64,000 nucleotides of DNA from IMG/VR virus record IMGVR_UViG_2772190778_000001. One strand, given 5' to 3'. Each line of letters begins with the position of its first letter. The first letter of the stretch is position 1. The notes beneath the pieces were generated by a model. The model had not been told where the DNA came from. It ran no database searches and worked only from the letters and a program-made list of their open reading frames with translations. This DNA is from a virus (Duplodnaviria > Caudoviricetes). Positions 16,773 through 25,213 of the stretch are shown here, one piece after another. A program made the translations under genes and the position numbers.

Positions 16773-18896
16773 TTACTCTTGGGCACCGAAGCGGCGCTCC
16801 ATGCGCAGCTGGGTGCGGTAGTCGGAACTCTGTTGGTAGTCGGCCAGCCAATCGGCCTGCGCCTGCGTCAGCGTCTCGCCCTCCGCCTGCGCGGTCTCGA
16901 GGGCGCGGGCACGCAGAAAAAGGGCCTTGGGATCGTCTTCATCGACCTCAACGGGGCGGGCGCGATGCTCGGCGAGGCGCGTCACGCGGGCCTCAAGCGC
17001 TGCTTCGCGCTCTTTCTCCTCGGCGCTCTGCGCGCGCCGCCGTTTGGGGGCGGCCTTGTGCGGCGTCACAAGCTGATGAACTTGCGCCTCGGGCAGGGGG
17101 TCGTCTGCCGCCAGCCCCGAGGCTGCGCGCACCCGGGCGGCCACCTCGGCCGCCGTCAACTCGCGCGCGGCCTTGGCCTCATCGCGCTGCGCACGCATCC
17201 ATGTCTTGCGCTTTCGGTTGTGATCGCGTGCGGCCTCAACGTCGCGGAACTTGGCGTCCTTGAGACATTTGGCATGGCCGAGGTACCGGCCCGCCAGATC
17301 ATAAACCTCGAGACCGGCTGTCAAATCATCCGCGTCGAACCGCGCAACCACCTTCTCGCCTGCGATCCGGTACATCCACTCTGACCAGTATTCCGTGTCG
17401 TAGAGCTTCAGAGCGCCGTTGCTGGTCTTGGCCCGCACACCCTCGGCGCGCAGGAGCCAGAGACGCAGTTGTTCGTCCGTCGCGCGCTTGATCGTGGCGC
17501 GCGCATAGCCCTCGTTGAACACCTCATTAAACGACCGTCCCATGGCCACTTCGCTGCGCCGCCCGGGGCGGGCGTTGTGATGCGCGAGTTCGTCCTCTAA
17601 GACGAGGCGGAACTCCTCGAGCGGGATGGCGCGGGTGCCGTAATCCTCGGGCTTGGCGTCCGGTTTGTTGCCGGTATAGGCCCCGTCAAAGGCGGGATGC
17701 TTGGCCACCCGGTCGCAGAGGTCGCGAAACGCGCGCTCGATGGGCTTGGATTGCCCCGAATAGGGTGTGGCCCAATGTATTTCGACGCCCAAGAGCGGAA
17801 GGAGGCCGGGAATATCCTCGTCGGTGATCTTGAAGCGGAACCGGGTCGGCGTGCCGCCTGTCATCGCCTTGGCCGCGAACTCCCGGCCGTTGTCGATCAG
17901 AACCGACTGTGGGATGCCATAGGTCCGGATCAGGTCGCCGGTGACCAGCTGCACCGTGTGGCTGTTCGCCGTCGGCGACAGGCGCCAAGCCAAGAGCTTG
18001 CCGGAATAGACGTCCGACCAGACCATCATCTGCGGTCGCACGGGCTTGTCGTAGCCCGGCCACGACACAAAGACGTCGAACTTGTGATAGTCGCCCTGGA
18101 CGCATTCGAGCGGGGCCATGAACGCCTTGCTGCGAACCTGCGCAGGATAAAGGCGGCGCAGCGCTTCCTCGCCCTTGCGCATGAAAATCTCCGTGGGTAC
18201 CGAGACGCTGGCCTTGAGCCAACGGCGCACCTGATGGAGAGGCGGCACGGCGCTGTTGCGCCGCTCTGAGGTCCAGACGCGCACGGCACGGTCATAGCAA
18301 CTGGTGAGAGAGGGTTGCGACAGGCGCAGCCAGTCGCTGCGCACAAGTGACAGAAACGCAGGGTCTATGTCATCCCGCCGGGCGGGGGAGCGCCGCAGCG
18401 CGCGCCCGTCGATCAGGTAAGCCAGCCGGTCGGCCCGGGCGACGCCCTCGACCTGCCCGAGGTAATTCCAGAGGGATTTGTCAGACCGCTCCAGCTTGCG
18501 CGCGACCTCGCGCACGGCCGCCGAGCGGGTCAGCCCGGCCCCTTCCAGCAATTCGACCTCGGCAATAGCCCCAAGCCGCGCCTCGGCCTCGGCGCGCGCC
18601 TTGTCGCCCGCCGCCGCATAGCGCTCCCATGCCTCGCCAGTCCCGGGCTTATCCGCCGGAGCCGCGACCAGACCGGCGCTGAGCCGCATCCGGGCGCGCA
18701 GAGGCAAGATGCTCCAGTGATACTCGACGCCGCCGCCGACCCCCTTACGCCGCCGGACCTTTCCGGGGTGCCGTGCCCAGCCCTCGCGCACCGCCAGATC
18801 GTTGACCTTGCGCTTTGTGCCGGGCAGGTCGGGCAATCCGGCCTCGGCCAGCTCGGCGGCAGACCACCACTCTTGCGCAGGGGCGGGTCCAGTCAT
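16773..18896 (-). CDS. MuA-like DDE transposase
   Basis: N-terminal Mu HTH; catalytic GDYHKFD / IDNGREF / SKPIERAF. Confidence 0.95.
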   Translation of the reverse strand: MTGPAPAQEWWSAAELAEAGLPDLPGTKRKVNDLAVREGWARHPGKVRRRKGVGGGVEYHWSILPLRARMRLSAGLVAAPADKPGTGEAWERYAAAGDKARAEAEARLGAIAEVELLEGAGLTRSAAVREVARKLERSDKSLWNYLGQVEGVARADRLAYLIDGRALRRSPARRDDIDPAFLSLVRSDWLRLSQPSLTSCYDRAVRVWTSERRNSAVPPLHQVRRWLKASVSVPTEIFMRKGEEALRRLYPAQVRSKAFMAPLECVQGDYHKFDVFVSWPGYDKPVRPQMMVWSDVYSGKLLAWRLSPTANSHTVQLVTGDLIRTYGIPQSVLIDNGREFAAKAMTGGTPTRFRFKITDEDIPGLLPLLGVEIHWATPYSGQSKPIERAFRDLCDRVAKHPAFDGAYTGNKPDAKPEDYGTRAIPLEEFRLVLEDELAHHNARPGRRSEVAMGRSFNEVFNEGYARATIKRATDEQLRLWLLRAEGVRAKTSNGALKLYDTEYWSEWMYRIAGEKVVARFDADDLTAGLEVYDLAGRYLGHAKCLKDAKFRDVEAARDHNRKRKTWMRAQRDEAKAARELTAAEVAARVRAASGLAADDPLPEAQVHQLVTPHKAAPKRRRAQSAEEKEREAALEARVTRLAEHRARPVEVDEDDPKALFLRARALETAQAEGETLTQAQADWLADYQQSSDYRTQLRMERRFGAQE

Positions 18897-19747
18897 GCCG
18901 CGTCCCCTTGGTCAATCTCGCCGAACAGCGCCGCAACCTCTGCGCCGCGCTCCTCGAGAAACGCCATGCGCTCCCGCTTGCCCGCACGGTCCCATGCGTC
19001 CATGAGGCGCGCGAGGGTGGCGTCTTTTGGGCTGGCCGGGGCCGGTGCCTCACCGCGCGCGGCGCGGTACGCCTCGCGTGCGGCTTTGACCGTTTTTGCC
19101 CGCCCGGCTGATAGTTCTTCTACAACGAAACCTCGTTCCTCGGCCTCGCCCATTTTGCCGATATCAATCAGGTCCATCACCTCGACCCGCTTTGGAGCGG
19201 CACGAAGGCGCTCTATCTCTTTGCGCCGTAGGAGACTGCCTGCGCGCACGAAGTTGCGAACGTGGCGCTCGCTGAGGCCGAGATTTTCCGCAACGCTTTC
19301 GGCAAAGGATGCGACGGAAATCATTTCCGCCGTATCCCATCGCTTGGATGCAAGGCCCGCCCCGGTCGCCGCTTTAGCCTCCGGGTGCAGCCGTTCATAG
19401 GCCGACTTGCGTTCAGCCAAAAACAACGCCAGATCGACCGGGATAAGGGGCTGACTGGCAAGGTTGCCGTCGATCTCCATCATTCTGGCTTCGGCGTCGT
19501 TGCAGCGAAAGAGATCAACGGGGACCACCGTCTCGCCAAGTTCTTGCATCGCGGTCAAACGGTGCAGTCCCTCGACTAGATAATCGCCGTCCTTCTTACG
19601 CCGCACCCATATTTTGCCACGAAAACCGCTCTGGCGGATCGACGCCTTCAGGCTCTCGACATGCTTGCGCGACACATTCCGCAACCGGTCTTCGACCTTG
19701 ATCGCTTCAATCGGCAGTTCGGTGATTGTGGAAAGGTGCTCAATCAT
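18893..19747 (-). CDS. ParB N-terminal-like domain protein
   Basis: L..SI.Q.G....I.VR....Y.L..G.HRL.A, EID.NL motifs; coupled to MuA. Confidence 0.82.
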   Translation of the reverse strand: MIEHLSTITELPIEAIKVEDRLRNVSRKHVESLKASIRQSGFRGKIWVRRKKDGDYLVEGLHRLTAMQELGETVVPVDLFRCNDAEARMMEIDGNLASQPLIPVDLALFLAERKSAYERLHPEAKAATGAGLASKRWDTAEMISVASFAESVAENLGLSERHVRNFVRAGSLLRRKEIERLRAAPKRVEVMDLIDIGKMGEAEERGFVVEELSAGRAKTVKAAREAYRAARGEAPAPASPKDATLARLMDAWDRAGKRERMAFLEERGAEVAALFGEIDQGDAA

Positions 19748-19968
19748 TCTGGGGCCTTCGTCATTGTGTAGCGGCAGATCAGCCGGTCGGCTTTGCGCTC
19801 GCGGGTGCAGAGGATCTCCGCCCCGTTGGCGCGCAATTCGGAAATGCAGCTGTTCACCGCCACCACATGCGCCCGCCGCACGATCTCGCGCGTGGTGTGC
19901 GGGCGGCCATCCTTGAGGACGGCAAGCACCCGTTGCAGGCGGGGCGAGGTGAGCGGCGCGTGATGCAT
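19744..19968 (-). CDS. Small HTH protein
   Basis: RLQRVLAVLKDGRPHTTREI...VNSCISELRANG; absent from P2. Confidence 0.7.
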   Translation of the reverse strand: MHHAPLTSPRLQRVLAVLKDGRPHTTREIVRRAHVVAVNSCISELRANGAEILCTRERKADRLICRYTMTKAPE

Positions 19969-20228
19969 CAGCCCACCATCTGGGCGTCGAGCCCGGCGCA
20001 ATTGGTGCGGCAGTTGCCGCACATGCGGTGCCCGGGTCCCGTTGACCAGAACTCGGTGCCGCAGGTCAGGCAGGGGCGGTTGCGAGCGTGCTTGGCCTTG
20101 AGAGCCTCGTCCTGCATTCGGTCTTGGGCGCGCAGCGCGATATCACGATTGCTGAACGCGCCGGACACGCGCTCCTTGCCACGGAAAACGGCGTAGCCGT
20201 CGCCCCATCTTTGAACATGCAGGTCCAT
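19968..20228 (-). CDS. Small zinc-finger protein
   Basis: RPCLTCG.EFWSTGPGHRMC.NC; absent from P2. Confidence 0.7.
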   Translation of the reverse strand: MDLHVQRWGDGYAVFRGKERVSGAFSNRDIALRAQDRMQDEALKAKHARNRPCLTCGTEFWSTGPGHRMCGNCRTNCAGLDAQMVG

Positions 20229-20233
20229 TTCGC

Positions 20234-20422
20234 TCACCTCCCGAAACTCGCGACGGCGAAGAGCAGGACGAACAGCGCCACAGCCCCCACCACATCGCCG
20301 ATGACAGAAAAAACGCCCCGGCCGGAGCAAGCAGACTGGGCACAGCCGGGGCGCAGGAGCCGCGCAGCGCACAGGCCAGCACGCGCGCGGAGACGAAACT
20401 TATGGGCAAGGCGGCGGATCAT
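20234..20422 (-). CDS. Small membrane-anchored protein
   Basis: C-terminal TM; C-half retained in the P2 fusion gene. Confidence 0.6.
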   Translation of the reverse strand: MIRRLAHKFRLRARAGLCAARLLRPGCAQSACSGRGVFSVIGDVVGAVALFVLLFAVASFGR

Positions 20423-20634
20423 CGCGAACGCTCCCGGATGAAATCCGCCTTGCGGATCGACAGGTGATGATCCGCAGCCAAGCGGCTCAGGCGCATCAGC
20501 GGCAACGCGCAGCGCGGTTCGTCGATGTCGCGCACCAACTGCAGGGCCAGCGCGACGCGCAGCGCCTGCGGAATGGCCGCGATCTCGTCCTGCAACTGCC
20601 CGGCGTCGGGAATGAGATCGGATAACCGCATCAC
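20419..20634 (-). CDS. Hypothetical early protein (71 aa)
   Basis: N-half retained in the P2 fusion gene. Confidence 0.65.
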   Translation of the reverse strand: MMRLSDLIPDAGQLQDEIAAIPQALRVALALQLVRDIDEPRCALPLMRLSRLAADHHLSIRKADFIRERSR

Positions 20635-20801
20635 ATTGAATCCTGTGTTGAAGGGGGTGTTTCAGGGGCGGCACCTCGGCCCAGAACAGCGACGGACAGG
20701 CCTGCGGCGACCACGGCCCAGAAGATGAGGGCAAAGAGGAAGGCTATGGCGAGGCCGCTACCCGGAGGCAGGCGACGTTCGGGTGCGGGGCGCGGGCTCA
20801 T
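20631..20801 (-). CDS. Small membrane protein (56 aa, MSPRPAPERRLPPGSG...)
   Basis: Translated by hand; homolog of P2 58362-58532; ATGA overlaps. Confidence 0.7.
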   Translation of the reverse strand: MSPRPAPERRLPPGSGLAIAFLFALIFWAVVAAGLSVAVLGRGAAPETPPSTQDSM

Positions 20802-21064
20802 GCGGCACCCCCGGTTGCGCGGACGAGGCTCGACACCCCGCCCGCGCGCGCCCTACCATCGTCGCTACCAACAAACCGACGGAGGGAACCCTTGGAAAAC
20901 GAATGGATGACGCAGGACATATTCGACGGACAGCCGCTGATACTCATGCCGGTCGCGCGCTTCGCCTCAGACCTTGAATTAATCTGGAGAAGCGTCGGCA
21001 CTACGCGCTTACCGCACCCGGCACCCGACGACGTTGAATGGGAGGACATCGTCAAGCGGCTCAT
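20798..21064 (-). CDS. Possible coupled ORF (88 aa), antisense to 20892-21311
   Basis: ATGA overlaps at both ends; composition unconvincing. Confidence 0.35.
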   Translation of the reverse strand: MSRLTMSSHSTSSGAGCGKRVVPTLLQINSRSEAKRATGMSISGCPSNMSCVIHSFSKGSLRRFVGSDDGRARAGGVSSLVRATGGAA

Positions 21065-21311
21065 TCCTGACCACCCGTCATATATCGGAAGCCGAGATTG
21101 GCTCCGCTCATACTCCGAGCGGGACCGGGCGGCTCTGGGTTACACAGCCAACAGGCTTTGGCATCTGACCCAGCGGCTGGGCATTCACCCGAACGGTGCG
21201 CCTGACCCAGAATGGGTGTTGGCACATTCTGATTGGAGAGCGCGAATGAGCCTGTGTCTTGGTGCAGGAGTGATCCCATTTGCGTGGGTTCGTCTGACTG
21301 ACGCTCTTTGA
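20892..21311 (+). CDS. Trp-rich hypothetical protein, antisense to the early operon
   Basis: GGAGGG RBS, globular-protein-like composition. Confidence 0.55.
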   Translation: MENEWMTQDIFDGQPLILMPVARFASDLELIWRSVGTTRLPHPAPDDVEWEDIVKRLIPDHPSYIGSRDWLRSYSERDRAALGYTANRLWHLTQRLGIHPNGAPDPEWVLAHSDWRARMSLCLGAGVIPFAWVRLTDAL

Positions 21312-21507
21312 CCCGGACGGAGCGGAAGACTGGTGTCACCTCGGCACCCTGCGGGAGCCGTGACGCCTTGAACTCGCGCGCAATCCGGCGCACGGCCCCG
21401 ACGTCGTAAAACTCGAAGGCCTCACAGCCAAGCTCCTCGCGCGTGGGGCGCGCAGGACGCCCAAGCTCCGGGCAGATCATCAGGGCAAGGCGGCGGCGGA
21501 TGCTCAT
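21061..21507 (-). CDS. Hypothetical protein (start MSIRRRLAL)
   Basis: GGAGG RBS and ATGA overlap with Ner-like gene; 3' half overlaps the + strand ORF. Confidence 0.5.
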   Translation of the reverse strand: MSIRRRLALMICPELGRPARPTREELGCEAFEFYDVGAVRRIAREFKASRLPQGAEVTPVFRSVRVKERQSDEPTQMGSLLHQDTGSFALSNQNVPTPILGQAHRSGECPAAGSDAKACWLCNPEPPGPARSMSGANLGFRYMTGGQE

Positions 21508-21749
21508 GCGGCGTCCTCCTGATTGGCGGAAGGTCGAGGGATGTCGCGGGGCCATTCAAGGTCGGTGGGCCAGTTGTCAGAGAACCATTCCGCGACTTTT
21601 TGGGCGGTCTTTGTGCGGCAGTCGTAGCCCCCGATTAGCCGCAAGAAGAACTTGCCGTCGTTCACTGCGTAAACGCCTAGCGTCGAAACCTTGAGGCCAG
21701 TGTGGCTCGAATAGCTACTGGCCAGTGCCTGGATTTGTTCGGAATTCAT
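21504..21749 (-). CDS. Ner/Cro-like regulator
   Basis: Divergent from repressor; DGKFF.RL..G.DC.T.TA...WF..NWP.DLEWP.DIPRP; homolog in P2. Confidence 0.75.
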   Translation of the reverse strand: MNSEQIQALASSYSSHTGLKVSTLGVYAVNDGKFFLRLIGGYDCRTKTAQKVAEWFSDNWPTDLEWPRDIPRPSANQEDAA

Positions 21750-21763
21750 GCTCGCGCCCTTAT

Positions 21764-21835
21764 TTGGCATTTGCCCAACTATAATTTAGGGAAATGCCAA
21801 ATTGCAAGCATTTTTTTATTAGGGCATTTGCCCAA
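21764..21835. promoter_or_regulatory. Three operator-like sites, consensus GGGCA(TT/AA)TGCCC, in the divergent promoter region
   Basis: 21764-21778, 21787-21801 (inverted), 21820-21835. Confidence 0.7.
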
Positions 21836-21854
21836 AATGGATTAAGGGAGCGTT

Positions 21855-22511
21855 ATGGACTTTGGATCTCTAGTGCTTGCACGGCTCGAGGAGCTGGGAG
21901 AAAATGTGAATAGCTTTGAGGCCAAGTGCGGCTGGCCTCAAGGCTACCTCCGGGCTGTTGTCAGAAACGACGAGAAGCGAACAAGGCCCAATCTGGAGCG
22001 GGCTAAGGAGATCGCCGAGGCGCTCGACCTTGACTTCTACATTGGGCCAAAGCGGGAGACCGGAACGGTCTACACCACCCAGATCGACCACGAAGATTTC
22101 GCGGCGATCCCGCGCGTCGATGCGCGGCTTGCGGCAGGGGCCGGGGCTTTAAACGGAGAAGTCAGCCTTCAGGGCGCACTTGCGTTTCGCCAGGACTGGC
22201 TGCGCGAGCGGGGCATCTCCCCGGCACAAGCTTGCCTTCTTACCGTTGCCGGTGACAGCATGTCGCCCACTCTGCACGACGGCGACCTCGTCATGATCGA
22301 CGAGCGCCGCACCACAGTTCGAAATCGCCACGTCTACGCCTTCGTCGACGTCGACGGCAGCGCCCGCGTCAAGCGCGTCGAATTGGTACCCGACCAGCTG
22401 ATCATCCTGACATCTGACAATGCCGCCCACCCGACCGAAACACGAACCGGCCCGGACATGAACCGCCTGCGCATCCTCGGCGAGATTGTCTGGTCGGCGC
22501 ATGCCTGGTAG
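21855..22511 (+). CDS. CI-like repressor with S24 self-cleaving peptidase domain
   Basis: N-terminal HTH, LAAGAG cleavage site, VAGDSM (Ser), RVKRV (Lys). Confidence 0.92.
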   Translation: MDFGSLVLARLEELGENVNSFEAKCGWPQGYLRAVVRNDEKRTRPNLERAKEIAEALDLDFYIGPKRETGTVYTTQIDHEDFAAIPRVDARLAAGAGALNGEVSLQGALAFRQDWLRERGISPAQACLLTVAGDSMSPTLHDGDLVMIDERRTTVRNRHVYAFVDVDGSARVKRVELVPDQLIILTSDNAAHPTETRTGPDMNRLRILGEIVWSAHAW

Positions 22512-22565
22512 GCCAATCCCTTTAGGCACCGGCCTCGCACGAAGATCCTGAATAGGAGGTTTACG

Positions 22566-23048
22566 ATGAAAGCTCCCACTATGCCTGCCGCGCTCATCGC
22601 TACTTTTACATTGGCCTGCTTTGGCTGCGGCCCTTTTTTTAGTGTCGCCACGCCAGCTCTAGCCCAGAGCGCCGCGAGCCAACAAGAAAGTTACAGTGAC
22701 ATCCAGAAGCGGCTGAAGACCCAACGCCAAGAGCACCAGATGAACGAGCAACGAAGGCTCTTTAAAGAAAGACAGGATCGATTTTGTAAAGAGGTCGACC
22801 TAAGGGCGAGCCTTTCCATTTCTGCTCGGCAGTTCGGAAAGATGACCGTTGAGCAGGCGTTGGAGGAGTACGTCGGCCCAAGCTACGCTTATAACAAAGG
22901 GCAGCGCAGCGTTCATGAGGCTATCATTTGGGACGCGTTTAGTGTTCCCGTGGCTTATCAGAACGGCTCGGTTCCTTCGCATGTTTTGAGCGACTTTACC
23001 GACAAGTGGGTTGGGTTATGCGAGCGCGGCGAGCTTGGCTGGCCCTGA
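22566..23048 (+). CDS. Putative exported protein downstream of the repressor
   Basis: AGGAGG RBS, hydrophobic N-terminus ending ALA-Q. Confidence 0.7.
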   Translation: MKAPTMPAALIATFTLACFGCGPFFSVATPALAQSAASQQESYSDIQKRLKTQRQEHQMNEQRRLFKERQDRFCKEVDLRASLSISARQFGKMTVEQALEEYVGPSYAYNKGQRSVHEAIIWDAFSVPVAYQNGSVPSHVLSDFTDKWVGLCERGELGWP

Positions 23049-23063
23049 TACCACGCCAAAAAA

Positions 23064-23183
23064 CGCGTCCCACTTCCCTTTGCTCTTCAGCCTAGGCCGA
23101 GAATGGCTATATTATTGATATTAATAGATTAAACATGTAAGTGGGACGCGGAATAAGAACTGGGCGGACTTGGTCCCAGTTCC
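23064..23183. repeat. Cluster of (G)AA(G/C)TGGG(AC) motifs around an AT-rich core
   Basis: Perfect 12-bp inverted repeat 23064-23075/23139-23150; further copies at 23158 and 23173-23183. Confidence 0.6.
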
Positions 23184-23334
23184 GGACCCCTCAAGTGCCT
23201 TGATATGGCCTTCTGAACACCCCTGAAAGGGCCGTTTAAACCCTGTTTTAATGGGGTTTGGCCGCTTTCTGGCGCTTCCCTCGCCCGCGCCCCTCGTCAG
23301 CGCCTTTTTTGCCCTATCGGCCCTATTTTGCCCT

Positions 23335-23472
23335 TTCACTGCAAACTTCGCGTACCGCCGAGTTGTCCGCCCGATTATCCCGCCAAAGCCCTTATTTCAT
23401 TGGCCTATCCGGCAAAGTCCGGCGTCAGTTCGGTTCTTCCGGCATCACTGTAAACTAATGTGTAACCCTACA
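23335..23472 (-). other. Left end of prophage 1 (L2-like and L1-like transposase sites, terminal TG/CA)
   Basis: L1 23444-23465, L2 23335-23356 (87-bp gap), terminus TGTAGGG read inward from 23472. Confidence 0.8.
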
Positions 23473-23475
23473 GCG

Positions 23476-23519
23476 TGACAGCGAAGTTTGCAGTGAATTA
23501 CAGTGAAGTTTACAGCAAC
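23476..23519 (+). other. Right end of prophage 2 (tandem R1/R2-like 22-bp sites)
   Basis: TGACAGCGAAGTTTGCAGTGAA and TTACAGTGAAGTTTACAGCAAC; 17 bp identical to the reverse complement of 23335-23351. Confidence 0.8.
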
Positions 23520-23737
23520 GCGATTTTGGAAATGACCGAGTCGAGCGTCACTTTGGACATTAGCTCTAGCCTGGCCCTTTGATTTCGTCACGGTTTGTTC
23601 GGGATTCAGAGGTCACGGTCAAAAGACAATTGTCGCCATTGATCTTGCGCTAAAGTGAAGCCCCCGCCCAAATCCCACTATTGCGTCAACGAACTGCTCT
23701 TCTTAGGCTACCGGTGATAGCAGCAGGTGATACCCGA

Positions 23738-25114
23738 ATGGATTATTACACAATTGGCGTGCTGGTTTGGTTTTTATCAGCACCGCTTTTTTTCATCCTC
23801 TTCCTTATTTTCAGATCGAAGCTCCGGTCGACACGTAAGCAGATGATTGACCTTGAGGCGTCGACCCAGCGCGTTCGGGAACAGGCCGACGCAAATGTGA
23901 AGGCGTCTGACGAAAAATACAGCTGGATAACCTCGCGAGAAAAAGAAATTGAACGCTTAGAGGCCAGTGCATCGCAACTGCGCAAAGACATTGATGAGTT
24001 GCGCACCTCATACAAGGATAAGAAGTCGACTTTTGATCGGCTACGGCAAGAGGTCGCCTTATACGACGAACGGATAGCTTTCGCGGAACTTGGCGTCTAT
24101 GAGCCCCATTTCGACTTCGGAGATTCTGAGGTTTTCAGGACCGCAATCAACGAAGTCCGTGAAAAGCAGAAGGCCATGGTATCAGCCAAAATGGCGACGG
24201 CCTGTCCGACTGATTGGACCGTGGACGGTAGCAAGTCCAAGGGAGCCGCGATGATCAATCGTCAGACTCGATTGACCCTGCGCGCGTTCAACAGTGAATG
24301 CGACGCCGCAATAGCGAACGCTCGCTGGAACAACGTAAACGCCATGGAGAAGCGTATCTTGAACGCGGAGAAGCAAATCAACGCGGCCAATGCCTCTATG
24401 AACCTGACCATTCGCGGGGAGTATGTTGCTTTGAAGCTTGATGAGCTGCATCTGACCCACGAGTACCGCGAACAGCAGAAGCGCGAGAGGGACGAGCGGG
24501 CAGAAAGTGCGCGGCTGGACCGAGAGGAGAAAAAGCTCCAAGCTGAAGCCGCCGCCGCAGCCGCCGAAGAGAAAAAGTACCAAGAGATGCTTGATAAGGC
24601 ACGGCAGGAAGTAGGCGTTGATGAGGAAAGAATCGTAGAACTAGAGCGCGCATTGGCTGAGGCCCACGAGAAGACAGAACGGGCAAAATCCATGGCGGAA
24701 ATGACGAAGTCTGGGTATGTCTACATCATCTCGAACGTCGGTAGCTTTGGTGAAGACGTTGTCAAAATCGGATTGACCAGAAGGCTCGATCCAGACGACC
24801 GGGTGCGTGAGCTTGGAGATGCAAGCGTACCGTTTCTGTTTGACACTCATGCCATGATTTATTCTGAAGAAGCTCCGGCTCTCGAGGCCGCTTTGCATCG
24901 GGAATTTGAAGAAAGACGTGTAAACGCCGCAAACATGCGCAAAGAGTTCTTCCGGGTTTCTCTCGAGGAGGTCGAAGAGGCGGTGAAGCGCCTTGCCACG
25001 GGCGCAGAGTTTTTCAAGGATCGCGAGGCACAGGAGTGGCACGAGACCTTGTGGCGCAGGAAGCAGCTATTGTCTGCCCAAGGAACCGCCGAGGCGTTGC
25101 CTGATAATATCTAA
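23738..25114 (+). CDS. DUF4041 protein with N-terminal TM, coiled coil and C-terminal T5orf172/GIY-YIG-like domain
   Basis: LRAFNSECD, GYVYIISNVGSFGEDVVKIGLTRRLDP.DRV.ELGDASVPF.FD.HA. Confidence 0.88.
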   Translation: MDYYTIGVLVWFLSAPLFFILFLIFRSKLRSTRKQMIDLEASTQRVREQADANVKASDEKYSWITSREKEIERLEASASQLRKDIDELRTSYKDKKSTFDRLRQEVALYDERIAFAELGVYEPHFDFGDSEVFRTAINEVREKQKAMVSAKMATACPTDWTVDGSKSKGAAMINRQTRLTLRAFNSECDAAIANARWNNVNAMEKRILNAEKQINAANASMNLTIRGEYVALKLDELHLTHEYREQQKRERDERAESARLDREEKKLQAEAAAAAAEEKKYQEMLDKARQEVGVDEERIVELERALAEAHEKTERAKSMAEMTKSGYVYIISNVGSFGEDVVKIGLTRRLDPDDRVRELGDASVPFLFDTHAMIYSEEAPALEAALHREFEERRVNAANMRKEFFRVSLEEVEEAVKRLATGAEFFKDREAQEWHETLWRRKQLLSAQGTAEALPDNI

Positions 25115-25213
25115 CGAGAACCATTAAAAAAATCGAAGTCAACCGTGACCGCGTCTAAAGAAATTCCTTGAGGTATCCTAATTCGCCAACGTTCGACGGC
25201 CGAACCTCATCTT

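Larger units (their letters stand above)
1..23472 (-). mobile_element. Mu-like transposable prophage 1 (partial; continues left of window)
   Basis: Gene order repressor-Ner-like-ParB-like-MuA-MuB-DUF3164-gp16-Mor-lysis-terminase-portal-MuF-protease-capsid; ends in ...CCCTACA with L1/L2-like sites. Confidence 0.95.

Noticed and set aside
23473-23483. CGTGACAGC also at 25349, 41133 and 66 as internal transposase sites
   Set aside because: Only 9-10 bp match, lacking the GAAGTTT half-site; three independent hits are only slightly above chance in 64 kb.
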